Shown here: one piece after another, positions 28,351 to 38,901 of the stretch
Layout: each line of letters begins with the position of its first letter
Position numbering within the stretch: position 1 is the first letter of the stretch
NCBI GenBank assembly: GCA_965116905.1
Contig: OZ220732.1
Span: 1,504,001-1,568,000, forward strand
Length of the DNA: 64,000 bases
Source of the DNA: Longimicrobiales bacterium
GTDB lineage: Bacteria > Gemmatimonadota > Gemmatimonadetes > Longimicrobiales > Gaopeijiaceae
Direction: 5' to 3'
Position numbers and translations under genes: made by a program
Notes under the pieces: generated by a model
What the model was told of the DNA's origin: nothing
Databases searched by the model: none
What the model saw: the letters and a program-made list of their open reading frames with translations, nothing else

Positions 28351-30204
28351 ATGACATTCGGACCATTCGTCAGGGTCCCGGCCCCGCTGGGCGCTGCCGT
28401 GCCGGGCGCTGCCATGCCGGCCGCCGCCACACTGGCCGCTGCTCTGCTGCTCACGCCGCTCCCCACCGCCGCACAGCTCTCCGACGTGCAAATGGAGTGG
28501 GGCGTGACAATACCCGTGCGGGACGGGACCGAACTCCGCGGCACGATCTACCGCCCGGCGGACCAGACGGAACCGCTGCCGGTCATCCTCGGCTTCACCC
28601 CCTACATCGCGGACGTGTACCACGGCAAGGCGAGGTACTACGCCCGGCGCGGCTACGTGTTTGCGGCTGTCGACGTCCGCGGCCGCGGCAACTCCGACGG
28701 CGAGTTCGAACCCTTCCACGATGCCGACAAGGACGGCCACGATGTGGTCGAGTGGCTCGCGGCGCAGCCATGGTCGAACGGGAAGGTGGCGATGTACGGG
28801 GCGTCGTATGGCGGGTGGGACCAGTGGGCGACCGCGAAGGAGCTCCCGCCGAGCCTGGAGTCGATCGTGCCGGCGGCCGCGGCCTATCTCGGAACCGACT
28901 TCCCGTTCGTGCACAACGTATACGTGCCCTACAACATGACCTGGCTGACCTTCACCAGCGGGAAGGCGGCGCAGAGCACGATCTTCGGCGACGCGGAGCT
29001 GTGGGCCGACGCGTTCGGCGAGCGGTATTTCGACCACCGCCCCTTCGCGGAGCTGGACCAAATCGTCGGCAACCTCACCACGCGCTTCCAGACGTGGATG
29101 GAGCACCCCACGCCCGACGAGTACTGGCTGGCGTCGGCGCCCAGGCCCGAGCAGCTCGCGGCGATGGACATTCCCATCCTCAGCATCACCGGCCACTACG
29201 ACGGCGACCAGCGCGGCGCGCTCCAGCACTACCGCATGCACATGCGCCACGGTAACGAGGCGGCGAAGGCGCGGCACTACCTCGTCATCGGCCCCTGGAA
29301 CCATGGCGGGGTGGGCACTTCGGTGGACCAGGTGGGCGGGCTCGAGTTCGGCCCGGGCGCGCTGGTCCCCCAGGACTCGCTCCGCAAGGCGTGGTACGAC
29401 TGGACGCTGAAGGACGGTCCGCGCCCCTGGTTCCTCGAGAAGCGAGTGGCGGTCTACGTCGCCGGCCGCGACGCCTGGGAATACGCGGACGCGCTGGAGG
29501 ATGTCGCGAACGACGAACTCGTCTACTACTTCGATTCCGCGGACGGTCGTCCCAACGATGTCTTCCGCTCCGGCACGCTCGCGCCCGAGCCCACCGGCAA
29601 CACACCGGCCGACTCCTACGTCTACGATCCCCTGGACACGCGCCCCGGGCACTTCGAAAGCTCCGAGTCCGGCAACAACCTCTCCCACTTCTTCTGGGGC
29701 GAGCAGCCGCTCAACCAGCACTTCGCGCTGAACATGTTCGGCAACGGCCTGGTCTATCACACCGAGCCGTTCGAGTCCGAGACCGACCTCGCGGGCTTCA
29801 TGGAGTTCGACGCGTGGATGAGCCTCGACGTGCCGGACACCGACTTCATGGTCACGGTCTACGAGATCATGCCCGACGGCACCAGCATCTTCCTGACGGG
29901 CGACATCATGCGTGCCCGCTACCGCGACTCGCGCACGGTCGAGGAGCTGGTGACCCCGGGCGAGGTCGACCTGTACCGCTTCGACGGCTTCCAGTTCTTC
30001 GCGCGGCAGGTCGCGGCGGGCAGCCGTCTGCGCCTGATCCTGAACTCACCCAACTCGCCGTGGCTGCAGAAGAACTACAACAGCGGCGGCCGAGTCACGC
30101 ACGAGTCGGGGGCGGATGCTCGGACGGCGACGATCACGTTCCATCACGGGGGTGATTATCAGAGTCGGCTGAGTGTGCCGGTGAGGAGGAGGCCGGTTTC
30201 GTAG
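28351..30204 (+). CDS. CocE/NonD family (S15) exported hydrolase
   Basis: PVRDGTEL, DVRGRGNSDG, GASYGG nucleophile, IGPWNH. Confidence 0.92.
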   Translation: MTFGPFVRVPAPLGAAVPGAAMPAAATLAAALLLTPLPTAAQLSDVQMEWGVTIPVRDGTELRGTIYRPADQTEPLPVILGFTPYIADVYHGKARYYARRGYVFAAVDVRGRGNSDGEFEPFHDADKDGHDVVEWLAAQPWSNGKVAMYGASYGGWDQWATAKELPPSLESIVPAAAAYLGTDFPFVHNVYVPYNMTWLTFTSGKAAQSTIFGDAELWADAFGERYFDHRPFAELDQIVGNLTTRFQTWMEHPTPDEYWLASAPRPEQLAAMDIPILSITGHYDGDQRGALQHYRMHMRHGNEAAKARHYLVIGPWNHGGVGTSVDQVGGLEFGPGALVPQDSLRKAWYDWTLKDGPRPWFLEKRVAVYVAGRDAWEYADALEDVANDELVYYFDSADGRPNDVFRSGTLAPEPTGNTPADSYVYDPLDTRPGHFESSESGNNLSHFFWGEQPLNQHFALNMFGNGLVYHTEPFESETDLAGFMEFDAWMSLDVPDTDFMVTVYEIMPDGTSIFLTGDIMRARYRDSRTVEELVTPGEVDLYRFDGFQFFARQVAAGSRLRLILNSPNSPWLQKNYNSGGRVTHESGADARTATITFHHGGDYQSRLSVPVRRRPVS

Positions 30205-30225
30205 GGGGGCTGTCGGGCCCGCTTT

Positions 30226-30879
30226 CTAGTCGTTCAGCAGCAAACCCGACTTGAGTGCCAGATCCACCCAGTCCGACCGGTCGCGCAGCTTGAGTTTGTC
30301 CTTCAGGCGGGCGCGATAGTTCTCGATCGTCTTCCGTGCCAGGGACAGCTGTTCGGCGATCTGGCCCGAGGTATAACCTCTGGCGGTGAGTCTCAGAATG
30401 TCGCGTTCCCGAGCGCTCAGGGAGGACAGTGGGGACTCCGGCTGGGCGTCGAACTCCCGCCGTCTCCGCATGTAGAGCCGGGTTGCCTCGCGCGGCATCG
30501 TTGTCCGTCCGGCGGCAATCAGATCCACGGCCCGGACCAGGTCCTCAGGCCCCCGGCTTTTCCGAATAAAACCCATCGCACCTGCTGACATGATGGGTTC
30601 AAGATACTCCTCGTGGTCGTGCCTGGTGAGGATAAGGACTCCTGTGCCAAGCTCCAGCGCGCTGATTCGCCGGGTCGCCTCGATGCCGTCCAGCCGAGGC
30701 ATGTCGATGTCCATCAGGATCACGTCGGGTTCGAGTTGCTGTGCCAGTCGAACAGCGTCTTCGCCGTCGGCCGCCTCGCCGACCACGGTCATTCGACCGG
30801 TGTTCTCGATGATTGCCCGAAGACCCGCCCGAACCATTTCATGGTCGTCAACGATGAGTACCTGCGTGTCCCAACTCAC
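30226..30879 (-). CDS. NarL/FixJ-family response regulator
   Basis: IVDDH, MDIDMP receiver domain; LSARERDIL...KTIENYR LuxR HTH. Confidence 0.93.
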   Translation of the reverse strand: MSWDTQVLIVDDHEMVRAGLRAIIENTGRMTVVGEAADGEDAVRLAQQLEPDVILMDIDMPRLDGIEATRRISALELGTGVLILTRHDHEEYLEPIMSAGAMGFIRKSRGPEDLVRAVDLIAAGRTTMPREATRLYMRRRREFDAQPESPLSSLSARERDILRLTARGYTSGQIAEQLSLARKTIENYRARLKDKLKLRDRSDWVDLALKSGLLLND

Positions 30880-31910
30880 AGGTCTGCCTCTGCGTTGGCC
30901 CCCTCGGCAACCGGAACGCGAACTCGTATCCTGGTGCCCTCCCCGCGGTTGCTTCGGATCTCGAAGACTCCGCCGACCATGGCGGCGCGTTCACTCATCC
31001 CAAGGAGCCCGATGCCGCTCCCCGCCGAAGCGACGGCGGCGGTATCGAAACCGACGCCAGTGTCCCGCACTTCAACTTCGATCCAGTCGGAATCGCGGGT
31101 CATGGTGACGAGGGCCTCGACGGCTCCCGAATGCTCGCGCGCATTGGAGAGGGACTCCTGAACGATCCGAAACAGGGCAAGCGCCTTCGCCGGGTCCAGG
31201 TCGCGCCCGACATCCATGAGGTTGCCGTGGACCGCGAACCCGGCTTCGGCATACTCGCGAAACAGTATCCTCAACGCGAAGCTCAGGCCGAAATGCTTGA
31301 GTTCCAACGGCGTCAGACCTCGGCAGATCCGCTCAATCGACGCGATAGTGTGGTCAATCGCCGTATTCAGCTCCAGCAGACGGTCATCGTCGGCGGTCAG
31401 GCCCTCGGTGTTCCGCAAGGTCGTGAAGCGATGCTTGAGGAAGACCATCCGTTGGACGATGTCGTCGTGCAGTTCGCCTGCGATTCGCGTCCGCTCCGCT
31501 TCCGCAGCCTCCACCCTCGCCATGGACATGCTGCGCCAACGGTCGAATCGGGACAGGTCGCGAACCGTGCAGACAACCATCGGTCCGTCACCGGCTGGTT
31601 GCCAGGGGGTTAGGGCGATCTCCACCGGGAACTGGCTTCCATCTCTTCGTTCCCCGTGCAGGAGCAAGCCGTGTCCCATTGGCCGAGCGCGGGGTCGGAG
31701 CGCGTATTTCGTCCGGAGTTCCGCGTGGCGCGCGCGGTGCTGGAAGGGCACGAGGAGATCGACACTCATCCCGACCAACTCGTCGCTATCCCATGCGAAC
31801 ATGGTGGTCGCGCGCTCATTGGCGTCCCGGATCACGCCCGCGTCATCCACTACCAGGATGGCGTCGGGCGACGCATTGAGGACATCTCTGAGCAGGTTGT
31901 CCGCAAGCAT
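30876..31910 (-). CDS. Soluble PAS-domain sensor histidine kinase (HisKA_3)
   Basis: PAS (RRDGSQFPVEI), ERTRIAGELHD, QESLSNA, DTGVGF, GIGLLGM. Start uncertain. Confidence 0.9.
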   Translation of the reverse strand: MLADNLLRDVLNASPDAILVVDDAGVIRDANERATTMFAWDSDELVGMSVDLLVPFQHRARHAELRTKYALRPRARPMGHGLLLHGERRDGSQFPVEIALTPWQPAGDGPMVVCTVRDLSRFDRWRSMSMARVEAAEAERTRIAGELHDDIVQRMVFLKHRFTTLRNTEGLTADDDRLLELNTAIDHTIASIERICRGLTPLELKHFGLSFALRILFREYAEAGFAVHGNLMDVGRDLDPAKALALFRIVQESLSNAREHSGAVEALVTMTRDSDWIEVEVRDTGVGFDTAAVASAGSGIGLLGMSERAAMVGGVFEIRSNRGEGTRIRVRVPVAEGANAEADL

Positions 31911-32030
31911 GACGCATTGTACCCACGCAATCGGCAGCATGCCACACCGGAGGATTTGCCGCCGGAGGAGCTCCGAAGGGTCGGACCAGCGCGGAGGCAA
32001 ACCGCAGACATGTGCGGGACCGGTCCTCGT

Positions 32031-32927
32031 TCATGATGGCCTCACAATCACCCGCACCGCCCGGGAGCGGGACGCGGATCCAAAGTACCCATGAATGCCC
32101 TCATCGCCCTCGATGCCGAAATAGGGCCAGGGCTCGACAAGCAGATGGTCGTATCGATGCGCTGCAAATCGGCCGACATTCTCATCCAACCCGACGAGGC
32201 GCAGGTTGAAGCGGGCTTCAGGGGGCTCCCATGGGAATTGCGGGTTCGACCAGACTGCCAGATCCACCTCGCGCTGATCCGGAGCGGCTTCGCGGGGCAG
32301 CACATAGGCGAGCTGAGTTGGCTCCGCCAACAGGTTGCCTGCGCTGTCCGCGATCATCTGCAACGCCTGGGCGACGGAAGCGACGACCATGCCCACCTCG
32401 GGCGGGCTCTCGAATCGCAACGTTAGACGGACGATATCACTGCCGTAGTGGCGGATGGGCCTCAGGACCACTTCGCCTTCAGGATCATGAATGGTTACCG
32501 GGTCCGGGACCACCGTGATCCCACCAAACCGACCGAGATGCGTTGATCCTGTCAGAGTGTAGCGCTCGCCGCTCCGAACCGGGGCGGGCAGCGTCGCCTC
32601 CAGGCAAACGTGTGGCCCATGCCAGAAGTCGTCGATCAGAACGCCGCAATGGTGCGACGCCACCTCCCGGGTAAACGCCGAGGGGCCACTTGGTCCGGTC
32701 AGAACCGCTTCCACGACGGGGGCGTCGGCCGTGCCCGGCCGATGTGGATGGGTGGCGATCAAATGCGCCGTTTGCCATCCCGCGCTGAGAACCACCCCGA
32801 TCGTGATTACGTCGCCCTCCGGTACGAACAATTCCGAAGGGCGGGTGTAGTCGCAGCCGGTGGCGGTTACCGCGATGACGGCAGTCAGTACGATGGTTCC
32901 TGCCCTCGAGATGCTCTTGCTTGACAC
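32031..32927 (-). CDS. Lipoprotein partner of the TonB receptor (DUF4249-like)
   Basis: AAGGAG then GTG; lipobox ATGC; GIHGYFGS C-terminal motif. Confidence 0.6.
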   Translation of the reverse strand: MSSKSISRAGTIVLTAVIAVTATGCDYTRPSELFVPEGDVITIGVVLSAGWQTAHLIATHPHRPGTADAPVVEAVLTGPSGPSAFTREVASHHCGVLIDDFWHGPHVCLEATLPAPVRSGERYTLTGSTHLGRFGGITVVPDPVTIHDPEGEVVLRPIRHYGSDIVRLTLRFESPPEVGMVVASVAQALQMIADSAGNLLAEPTQLAYVLPREAAPDQREVDLAVWSNPQFPWEPPEARFNLRLVGLDENVGRFAAHRYDHLLVEPWPYFGIEGDEGIHGYFGSASRSRAVRVIVRPS

Positions 32928-32964
32928 TGGTTTTCTCCTTGAACATCGGTTTTGTCCGTGATCG

Positions 32965-35337
32965 TCAGAACCGGAATTCGATTCCCAGAAACGGCAGCAT
33001 CGGAAGTTGAGGCGCGTAGACCAGCTCGCTGACACCGTTGCCCGGTCCCGGCGACACATCCCCGAGTTCCGGGCCCACGCCCACTACATTGGGCAGGCTG
33101 AACAGGTTGGCGACCGACGCATACGGAGACAGGATCCCCCCTCCGAGCCACGACACTTCCCAGGATCCGCGCCAGCCCACATCAATGCGAACGTAGGGCG
33201 GAAGCGTCATCGAGTTGTATTCGCCAGCGATGTTGAGGACGCCGTAGGTCACCTGTTGAGTCGATTCGTCCGGGAACCTATGGCCGGTGAACGGCAGGAA
33301 GGCCACGAGCGGGGTCGTCGGCTGCCCGGATCTGGCCGAGAACCGGAGCGACCACATGGACGCGCCGCGCTTCAGACTTGCACTGAGTTCACCTTCGTGA
33401 TCCCTGTGGAAACGGGGAACGTAGGTATGGCCGGCAACGGTGCGGCTTACGCGTGACCATCCATAGCTGCCAAGAAGGCTCGATCCGCGGTGCGTCCAGC
33501 TCCACGACGCCTCGATCCCGCGGGCCGTCCCGCTGCCGACCAACCGCGCGTCCAGAGGCACCAGGAGATGCGACGCCAACGGATTTGCGCCAAGGGGTGG
33601 CAATCGCAGGTTGTCCAGCCAGCGGGCGTATCCTTCCAGCCGCAGGCTCATACCGAGAATCCGACTCTCCCATCCGCCGGAAAGCTCCGTGTTGCGTAGA
33701 GCCGGACCCTGCTCGACCGGGGCCAGCAGGTCGAAGGCGAGGTAGCTGGCCGACACGGGTTCTTCGTCACGGATTGAAGCCAGAACCTGGTGAGCTCGCG
33801 ATGCCGCGAGCCAGATTCTCCGGTCGCCCACTTCGTGCGACAGCTCGGCGAACGGGGCCGCTGCGGATCCAACGCCGACAAAACGGTCGGCTCGGCCACC
33901 GACCGTCGCGCTTACGCCGTGTCCGACCGTGGCCGTTAGGCTCGCGTACACCCCGCCGCGATGCGAGGAACGAGAGATGTCGAACGGGAGCAACAGGCCT
34001 TTTTCGTCGCTTCCGTCCCACTCGCCGCCCACGCCACGATGGGCCGCCTCGAACCGCGCCGCCTGCAAGCCCGCGTCCAGCGTGATCGAACCAGCGTGAT
34101 GACGAAAGCGCATCGCGGCCTGGTACTCGCGCATCTTCCCGCGAACCACCGTGGCCGAGTCAGAGTCGGGGATCCTGTCCTCGAAGACCACGTATGACCC
34201 GCCAAACCCACTTAGTCCCACATTGAAGTCCACCAGCGTCCGCGGACCGACCAGATCCCGATAGTGCAGGGCCACCGCACCGTTTCTCCAGTGCGCCCGG
34301 GTTGCCCTGTTCAACGCGGCGTCGCCCTGCGGCACGTCCTCCGGGCGGGAGTCCAGGAGCTCGGAGTTCCAGTAGCCTGTCAGCGACAGCCGCCGGACAT
34401 CACCGAAGTCCCGGGTGAGTTTTGCGTGGACATCGCCGAACGAGTACGGCACGCGCGGCGCTGCCAGTCCCACCGCGTCAATCCCCCTCGTAACGAGGTC
34501 GATGTAGGTTCGTCTTCCGTCGATCAGGAACGACGTTGACTCCCCGGCAGGGCCCTCGGCAGTCAGCCGCGCCGACGCCAGGCCAACCGACCCGCTCGTG
34601 CGAAGCCGGTCCCGCGCGCCATCACGGGTTGTGATGTCGATTGCGCCCGATAATGATCCTGCCTCCAGCGCGGCCGCCGACGATCCGGTCACCAGAGCCA
34701 CACTCTTGACGGCTTCCGCATTCAGCGCGGCCACGAACCCGCCAGCGTGAAACGGATTGAACAGGCGCACACCGTCCAGCCGCACCGGCGTACCTTCGGC
34801 CGACGCGCCGCGGATGAAGGGAACGGATACCCAGTCCGACGCGGCTGATGCCGAAGGCGACAGCACCGTTGCTCGCAGTACGTCCGTCTCCACGACAACC
34901 GGCTGCGCGCGCACGAGCTCCGCGTCCATCAGGTAGGTGCCGCTCCCGACTGAAAGCGGATCGTTGGCGCGCCGAGCGGCTACCTCGATGCCGTCCAGTT
35001 GAATCGGTGCACCGGCGAGCAGGGCTCGAACGCCATCGGGCGGCAGCTCCCCATGTGGGTACTCGAACTCCCACGCCGCATAGCCGAGTGCCTCCACCCG
35101 CACCACCGTCGGTCCGGGTAGCCCGACATCCGTGACGACAAAGGCGCCGTACAGATCCGTCACGGCTTCTCGGACCTCCCGGCCGGCAACCGTGACCCGC
35201 GCGTACGCCACCGGCTCCAGGCTCGTGCTGTCCCGCACAATCCCCTGCACGACCTCCTGCGCGGCCACCTGTGGAGCGGCAAGCGCGAAGGCCGCGATGA
35301 TTCCTGCCATTGCCGAGTTGGCTTTGTTCCGGTACAT
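32965..35337 (-). CDS. TonB-dependent receptor with an N-terminal carboxypeptidase-regulatory-like domain
   Basis: GIVRDS...EPVAYA, plug domain FIRG...LDGVRLFNPFH...LSGAIDI, terminal GIEFRF beta-signal. Confidence 0.85.
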   Translation of the reverse strand: MYRNKANSAMAGIIAAFALAAPQVAAQEVVQGIVRDSTSLEPVAYARVTVAGREVREAVTDLYGAFVVTDVGLPGPTVVRVEALGYAAWEFEYPHGELPPDGVRALLAGAPIQLDGIEVAARRANDPLSVGSGTYLMDAELVRAQPVVVETDVLRATVLSPSASAASDWVSVPFIRGASAEGTPVRLDGVRLFNPFHAGGFVAALNAEAVKSVALVTGSSAAALEAGSLSGAIDITTRDGARDRLRTSGSVGLASARLTAEGPAGESTSFLIDGRRTYIDLVTRGIDAVGLAAPRVPYSFGDVHAKLTRDFGDVRRLSLTGYWNSELLDSRPEDVPQGDAALNRATRAHWRNGAVALHYRDLVGPRTLVDFNVGLSGFGGSYVVFEDRIPDSDSATVVRGKMREYQAAMRFRHHAGSITLDAGLQAARFEAAHRGVGGEWDGSDEKGLLLPFDISRSSHRGGVYASLTATVGHGVSATVGGRADRFVGVGSAAAPFAELSHEVGDRRIWLAASRAHQVLASIRDEEPVSASYLAFDLLAPVEQGPALRNTELSGGWESRILGMSLRLEGYARWLDNLRLPPLGANPLASHLLVPLDARLVGSGTARGIEASWSWTHRGSSLLGSYGWSRVSRTVAGHTYVPRFHRDHEGELSASLKRGASMWSLRFSARSGQPTTPLVAFLPFTGHRFPDESTQQVTYGVLNIAGEYNSMTLPPYVRIDVGWRGSWEVSWLGGGILSPYASVANLFSLPNVVGVGPELGDVSPGPGNGVSELVYAPQLPMLPFLGIEFRF

Positions 35338-35430
35338 GAACAGCCCCTTGTGTTCGCCCGGCGATCACCGGTCCTCTCCAGCGGTGTCGGTACATTCGCA
35401 AACGGATGCGGTGGCGAGTAGAGTGAAAAA

Positions 35431-35459
35431 CCCCCGAATTAATGGGGGGAATACCCCCC
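35431..35459. promoter_or_regulatory. Overlapping G/C-tract inverted repeats upstream of the TonB receptor
   Basis: CCCCC-GAATTAAT-GGGGG and GGGGGG-AATA-CCCCCC. Confidence 0.4.
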
Positions 35460-35502
35460 GGCACCGTGACCAAACCCTGTGGGCTGCCGGGATGGTTGAA
35501 GT

Positions 35503-35539
35503 CCTTGCTATCTGTTAATTAGATTGACAATCTGCAAGG
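35503..35539 (+). promoter_or_regulatory. Palindromic operator/promoter of the second DUF4143 ATPase
   Basis: CCTTGC-N25-GCAAGG containing AGATTG-A-CAATCT and TTGACA. Confidence 0.55.
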
Positions 35540-35603
35540 TTTCGGGCGGCAATTCGTCTACCGCCTCACCCACCTGATCCGTTAGTGACCCCCTGGAACT
35601 GAA

Positions 35604-36803
35604 ATGCCCGTCATCGACCGCAACCTGGCGGGACCGCTCCGCAACCGGACGCGCCACTACCCGGTCGTGACCGTCACCGGTCCCCGGCAATCGGGCAAGA
35701 CCACGCTTTGCCGCACCGTGTTTCCCGATCGCGCCTACGTCTCGCTCGAGGGAATGGACGTGCGTGCCTATGCCCGCGAAGACCCCCGCGGCTTCCTCCA
35801 CGAGTACCGCGACGGGGCCGTCATCGACGAAGTGCAGCGGGCACCGGACCTGACCTCGTACCTGCAGGAGGTGGTGGACCAGGATCCGACTACGGGCCGT
35901 TTTGTACTGACGGGCTCACAGCACTTCGGTCTGACCGAGGCGGTGAGTCAGTCGCTGGCCGGCCGCGTGGGCACGCTCCATCTGCTGCCGCCGGGGCTCG
36001 ACGAGCTCGCGCGCTTCGGAGAGCCGGTGCCGAGCCTGCTGGAGGTGCTGTGGACCGGCGCATACCCGCGGATTCACGACCGCCGCATTCCACCTGATGT
36101 GTGGCTGCGCGACTACTTCGCCACGTATGTCGAGCGCGATGTCCGGTTGCTTCGCAACATTACCGACCTGGAGGCGTTTTCAACCTTCGTGCGAATGTCC
36201 GCCGGACGCACGGCTGCCGAAATCAACCTCTCGGCCCTGGCCGACGACATCGGCGTCCGCCACAACACGATCCGTGCCTGGCTGTCGGTTCTCGAGGCGA
36301 GCTTTCTGGTCTTCCGACTGCCCGCTTTTCGCAGGAACGTCCGCAAACGCCAGATCAAGGCCCCGAAACTGCACTTCCTCGACTCCGGGCTCGCTTGTCA
36401 CCTGCTCCGCATTCGGTCCCCGGAAGAGCTGCGCCACCACCCGCTGCGCGGGGCAATCTTCGAGAGTTGGGTCGCCTCCGAAATCTTCAAGGCTGCGACG
36501 CACCGGGGAGTGCAGCCCTGGATGCACCACTACAGAGCGGCCGGCACCGAAGTCGACCTGATCGTCGACACGGGATCCGAACTGATCCTCACCGTGGTGA
36601 AGTCGGGACGCACCGTTACGCCGCGCTTCTTCGCGGGCATTCGCAGACTCGGGCGCGAGCTTGCCAGCGCCGGCTTCGCAATCGAGCGTCGCGTCGTCTA
36701 CGGGGGCGACCGCCGACAGTCGCACGGTGACGTACGAGTCGTCCCGTGGCACCGCCTCCAGGAGCTCGCTACCGACGTCAGCCACCCCTCCCATACACCC
36801 TGA
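35604..36803 (+). CDS. AAA_14 ATPase with DUF4143
   Basis: GPRQSGKT, VIDEVQ, SLAGR, YVERD, EVDLI. Confidence 0.9.
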   Translation: MPVIDRNLAGPLRNRTRHYPVVTVTGPRQSGKTTLCRTVFPDRAYVSLEGMDVRAYAREDPRGFLHEYRDGAVIDEVQRAPDLTSYLQEVVDQDPTTGRFVLTGSQHFGLTEAVSQSLAGRVGTLHLLPPGLDELARFGEPVPSLLEVLWTGAYPRIHDRRIPPDVWLRDYFATYVERDVRLLRNITDLEAFSTFVRMSAGRTAAEINLSALADDIGVRHNTIRAWLSVLEASFLVFRLPAFRRNVRKRQIKAPKLHFLDSGLACHLLRIRSPEELRHHPLRGAIFESWVASEIFKAATHRGVQPWMHHYRAAGTEVDLIVDTGSELILTVVKSGRTVTPRFFAGIRRLGRELASAGFAIERRVVYGGDRRQSHGDVRVVPWHRLQELATDVSHPSHTP

Positions 36804-38808
36804 AGTCCAGCCTCGCGTCCATCCCCGGCCCCGTCGTCAGCTCCACCTTCACCGGCTCGCTCAAGCCCCCCGGCGGGAGCCGGTCGTGCGAGCCCATCCG
36901 GCCCTCGAACGACCACTCGCGGTCCTCGCCGCCGCCGCCCTCGTCGCCGCCCTCCGCGCGCAGCCGCACGGGTCCGTGCACCACCGCGTCCGACACGTTC
37001 CTGAGCTGCACCTCGACCGTCGCCGTGCCACTCGCCGCGTCGTAGACGACGGGCCCCGTCACCACGAGCAGCTCGCCGGTGACGTCCGTCTCCTCGCCGG
37101 CGGGGGCGGCGGGGGCGGCGGGGGCCGGTACGCCGTCCGCCGACACTTCCACCGTTGTCGTGAACAGCTCGTCGATCCCGTTCCGGCGGCTGATCCACAG
37201 GGGATGAAAGGCGCCGTTCGCGTCGCCCGCGAGCCCCAGGTAATGACCGGGCTGGTTGCCCCTCGCATTGTCGAAGGATACCTCCAGTCGGGCGTGGCCC
37301 AGATCGCCGAAGTACTCCGCCCTGGCATTGCGGCTCTGCTCGGCCATCTGGATGGTCATTCGCTGAACCAGGTCCATCTGCGCGATCTCTTCTTCGGTCA
37401 GGTCCTTCACGTCGGGGTCGGCCGCGACGTTGTGGACGCGCGCCACGGGGGCGTGCGCCGGCGGCGGACAGGACGGCGCGCTCGCCACCGGGACGTTCGC
37501 GGCGAAGGTCTCCCCGCCATCCGACGACGACGTGAAGAACAGCTCCCAGCAGCGGCGTGTCTCGTCGCGGCGCCGGTCGTACCACGCCACGCCCACGACG
37601 CCGTCCCGGTTGACCTCGACCACCGGAAGCATGCGGTCGTCGAGCGGGTCGCCGGGTGCCGGTCGCTCGTTGTCGTTGAGCCGCATCTGGTCCGACCAAC
37701 TCCGGCCCCCGTCAGTGGAGCGCCGGAACCAGACGTCGGAGGTGGCGCCGGCCGCCGCGTCCCCTCCGGTCACCCCGTCCCACACGACGTAGATGTTGTC
37801 GGCGTGCGGCCCGTCGGTCCGGTCCCAGGCCACGATCGGCAGCGTAAACGCGCTGGTCATCTCGGTTTGCGCGTAGGGCCAGGAGTGGGTGCCCACCCGG
37901 AACGCGACCTCCGGCTCGGTGAAGGTCTCGCCGCCGTCCTCCGACCGCATGGTGAAGAACGGCATCCGGGCGTTCTCTTCGTCGGTCAGCGGGAAGAAGT
38001 ACTGGTAGAAGGTCACCAGCAGCGCGCCGTCGGACAGCACGACGGGCTCGGTGGCCACCAGCTTGCCGCCGGGTATGGTCGCCAGAAGCTTCGGCTCGCT
38101 CACCGTGGCGCCCCCGTCGTCGAGGGTGTGCAGGAAGAGCTGGAAGTCGTCCCGGATGAACGAGTCGCGCACGTCGTTCCACACCACGTAGAGGCGGCCG
38201 CGGTTGGGGCCGTCGCTCCAGTCCGCGGCGATGCGGGCGTGGTCGGGCGGCACGGGGCTGCGCAGACGCGCGGGACCGGTCCAGGTCGCGCCCTCGTCGT
38301 CGGTCGACCACACCATGATCGTGCCGTTGGTGCGCACCGGCTGATCGGGCAGCAGGCCTCCCATCGTGTTGGCGCCGACGTAGCAGTAGAGGATCCACAT
38401 CCGTCCGTCCGGGCCGGGCACGACCATCGGGTCGAAGGCCCCGGGCTCGTCGCCGGGCAGCGTGACCGGTTCCCACGCGACCCCGCCGTTGCGGCTCAGG
38501 AAGGCCGCGTTGCTGCGCGTGGACAGCGTCAGGGCCATCGAAGGGTCCGGAAAGCTCATGCCGCCCGTCTGGGTGACCGCGATCAGGAAGTCGGGGTTGT
38601 CCGGACTGGCCGCGATCCACGGCTCGTTGTACTGGCCCGGCCCCACACGGAGGTTGGGGCCGACGACGACTTCGGGGGACTGGGCCGCGAGAGGGGCGGC
38701 GAGAGGACTGGCGAGAGGGCCGGCCGCGGGGATCATCGCGGCCGCGGCAACGCCGACCGCGAGGCCAGCCGCCGTCGTGGCCATGGCCGGCATTGCACTC
38801 GTCTTCAT
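36778..38808 (-). CDS. Exported sialidase-like BNR/Asp-box beta-propeller protein
   Basis: Signal peptide; Asp-boxes SRNGG, STDDEGATW, SEDGGETF, STDGGRSW, SSDGGETF. Confidence 0.8.
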   Translation of the reverse strand: MKTSAMPAMATTAAGLAVGVAAAAMIPAAGPLASPLAAPLAAQSPEVVVGPNLRVGPGQYNEPWIAASPDNPDFLIAVTQTGGMSFPDPSMALTLSTRSNAAFLSRNGGVAWEPVTLPGDEPGAFDPMVVPGPDGRMWILYCYVGANTMGGLLPDQPVRTNGTIMVWSTDDEGATWTGPARLRSPVPPDHARIAADWSDGPNRGRLYVVWNDVRDSFIRDDFQLFLHTLDDGGATVSEPKLLATIPGGKLVATEPVVLSDGALLVTFYQYFFPLTDEENARMPFFTMRSEDGGETFTEPEVAFRVGTHSWPYAQTEMTSAFTLPIVAWDRTDGPHADNIYVVWDGVTGGDAAAGATSDVWFRRSTDGGRSWSDQMRLNDNERPAPGDPLDDRMLPVVEVNRDGVVGVAWYDRRRDETRRCWELFFTSSSDGGETFAANVPVASAPSCPPPAHAPVARVHNVAADPDVKDLTEEEIAQMDLVQRMTIQMAEQSRNARAEYFGDLGHARLEVSFDNARGNQPGHYLGLAGDANGAFHPLWISRRNGIDELFTTTVEVSADGVPAPAAPAAPAGEETDVTGELLVVTGPVVYDAASGTATVEVQLRNVSDAVVHGPVRLRAEGGDEGGGGEDREWSFEGRMGSHDRLPPGGLSEPVKVELTTGPGMDARLDFRVYGRGG

Positions 38809-38901
38809 GGTCCAGATCCTTGCAGAATGGGGCTGTGGTCGAGAGTCTGTGTCGATCACCATGGTTGCCCGCTGTGACCAAAACAAGAGAGGAAGCAGCA
38901 G

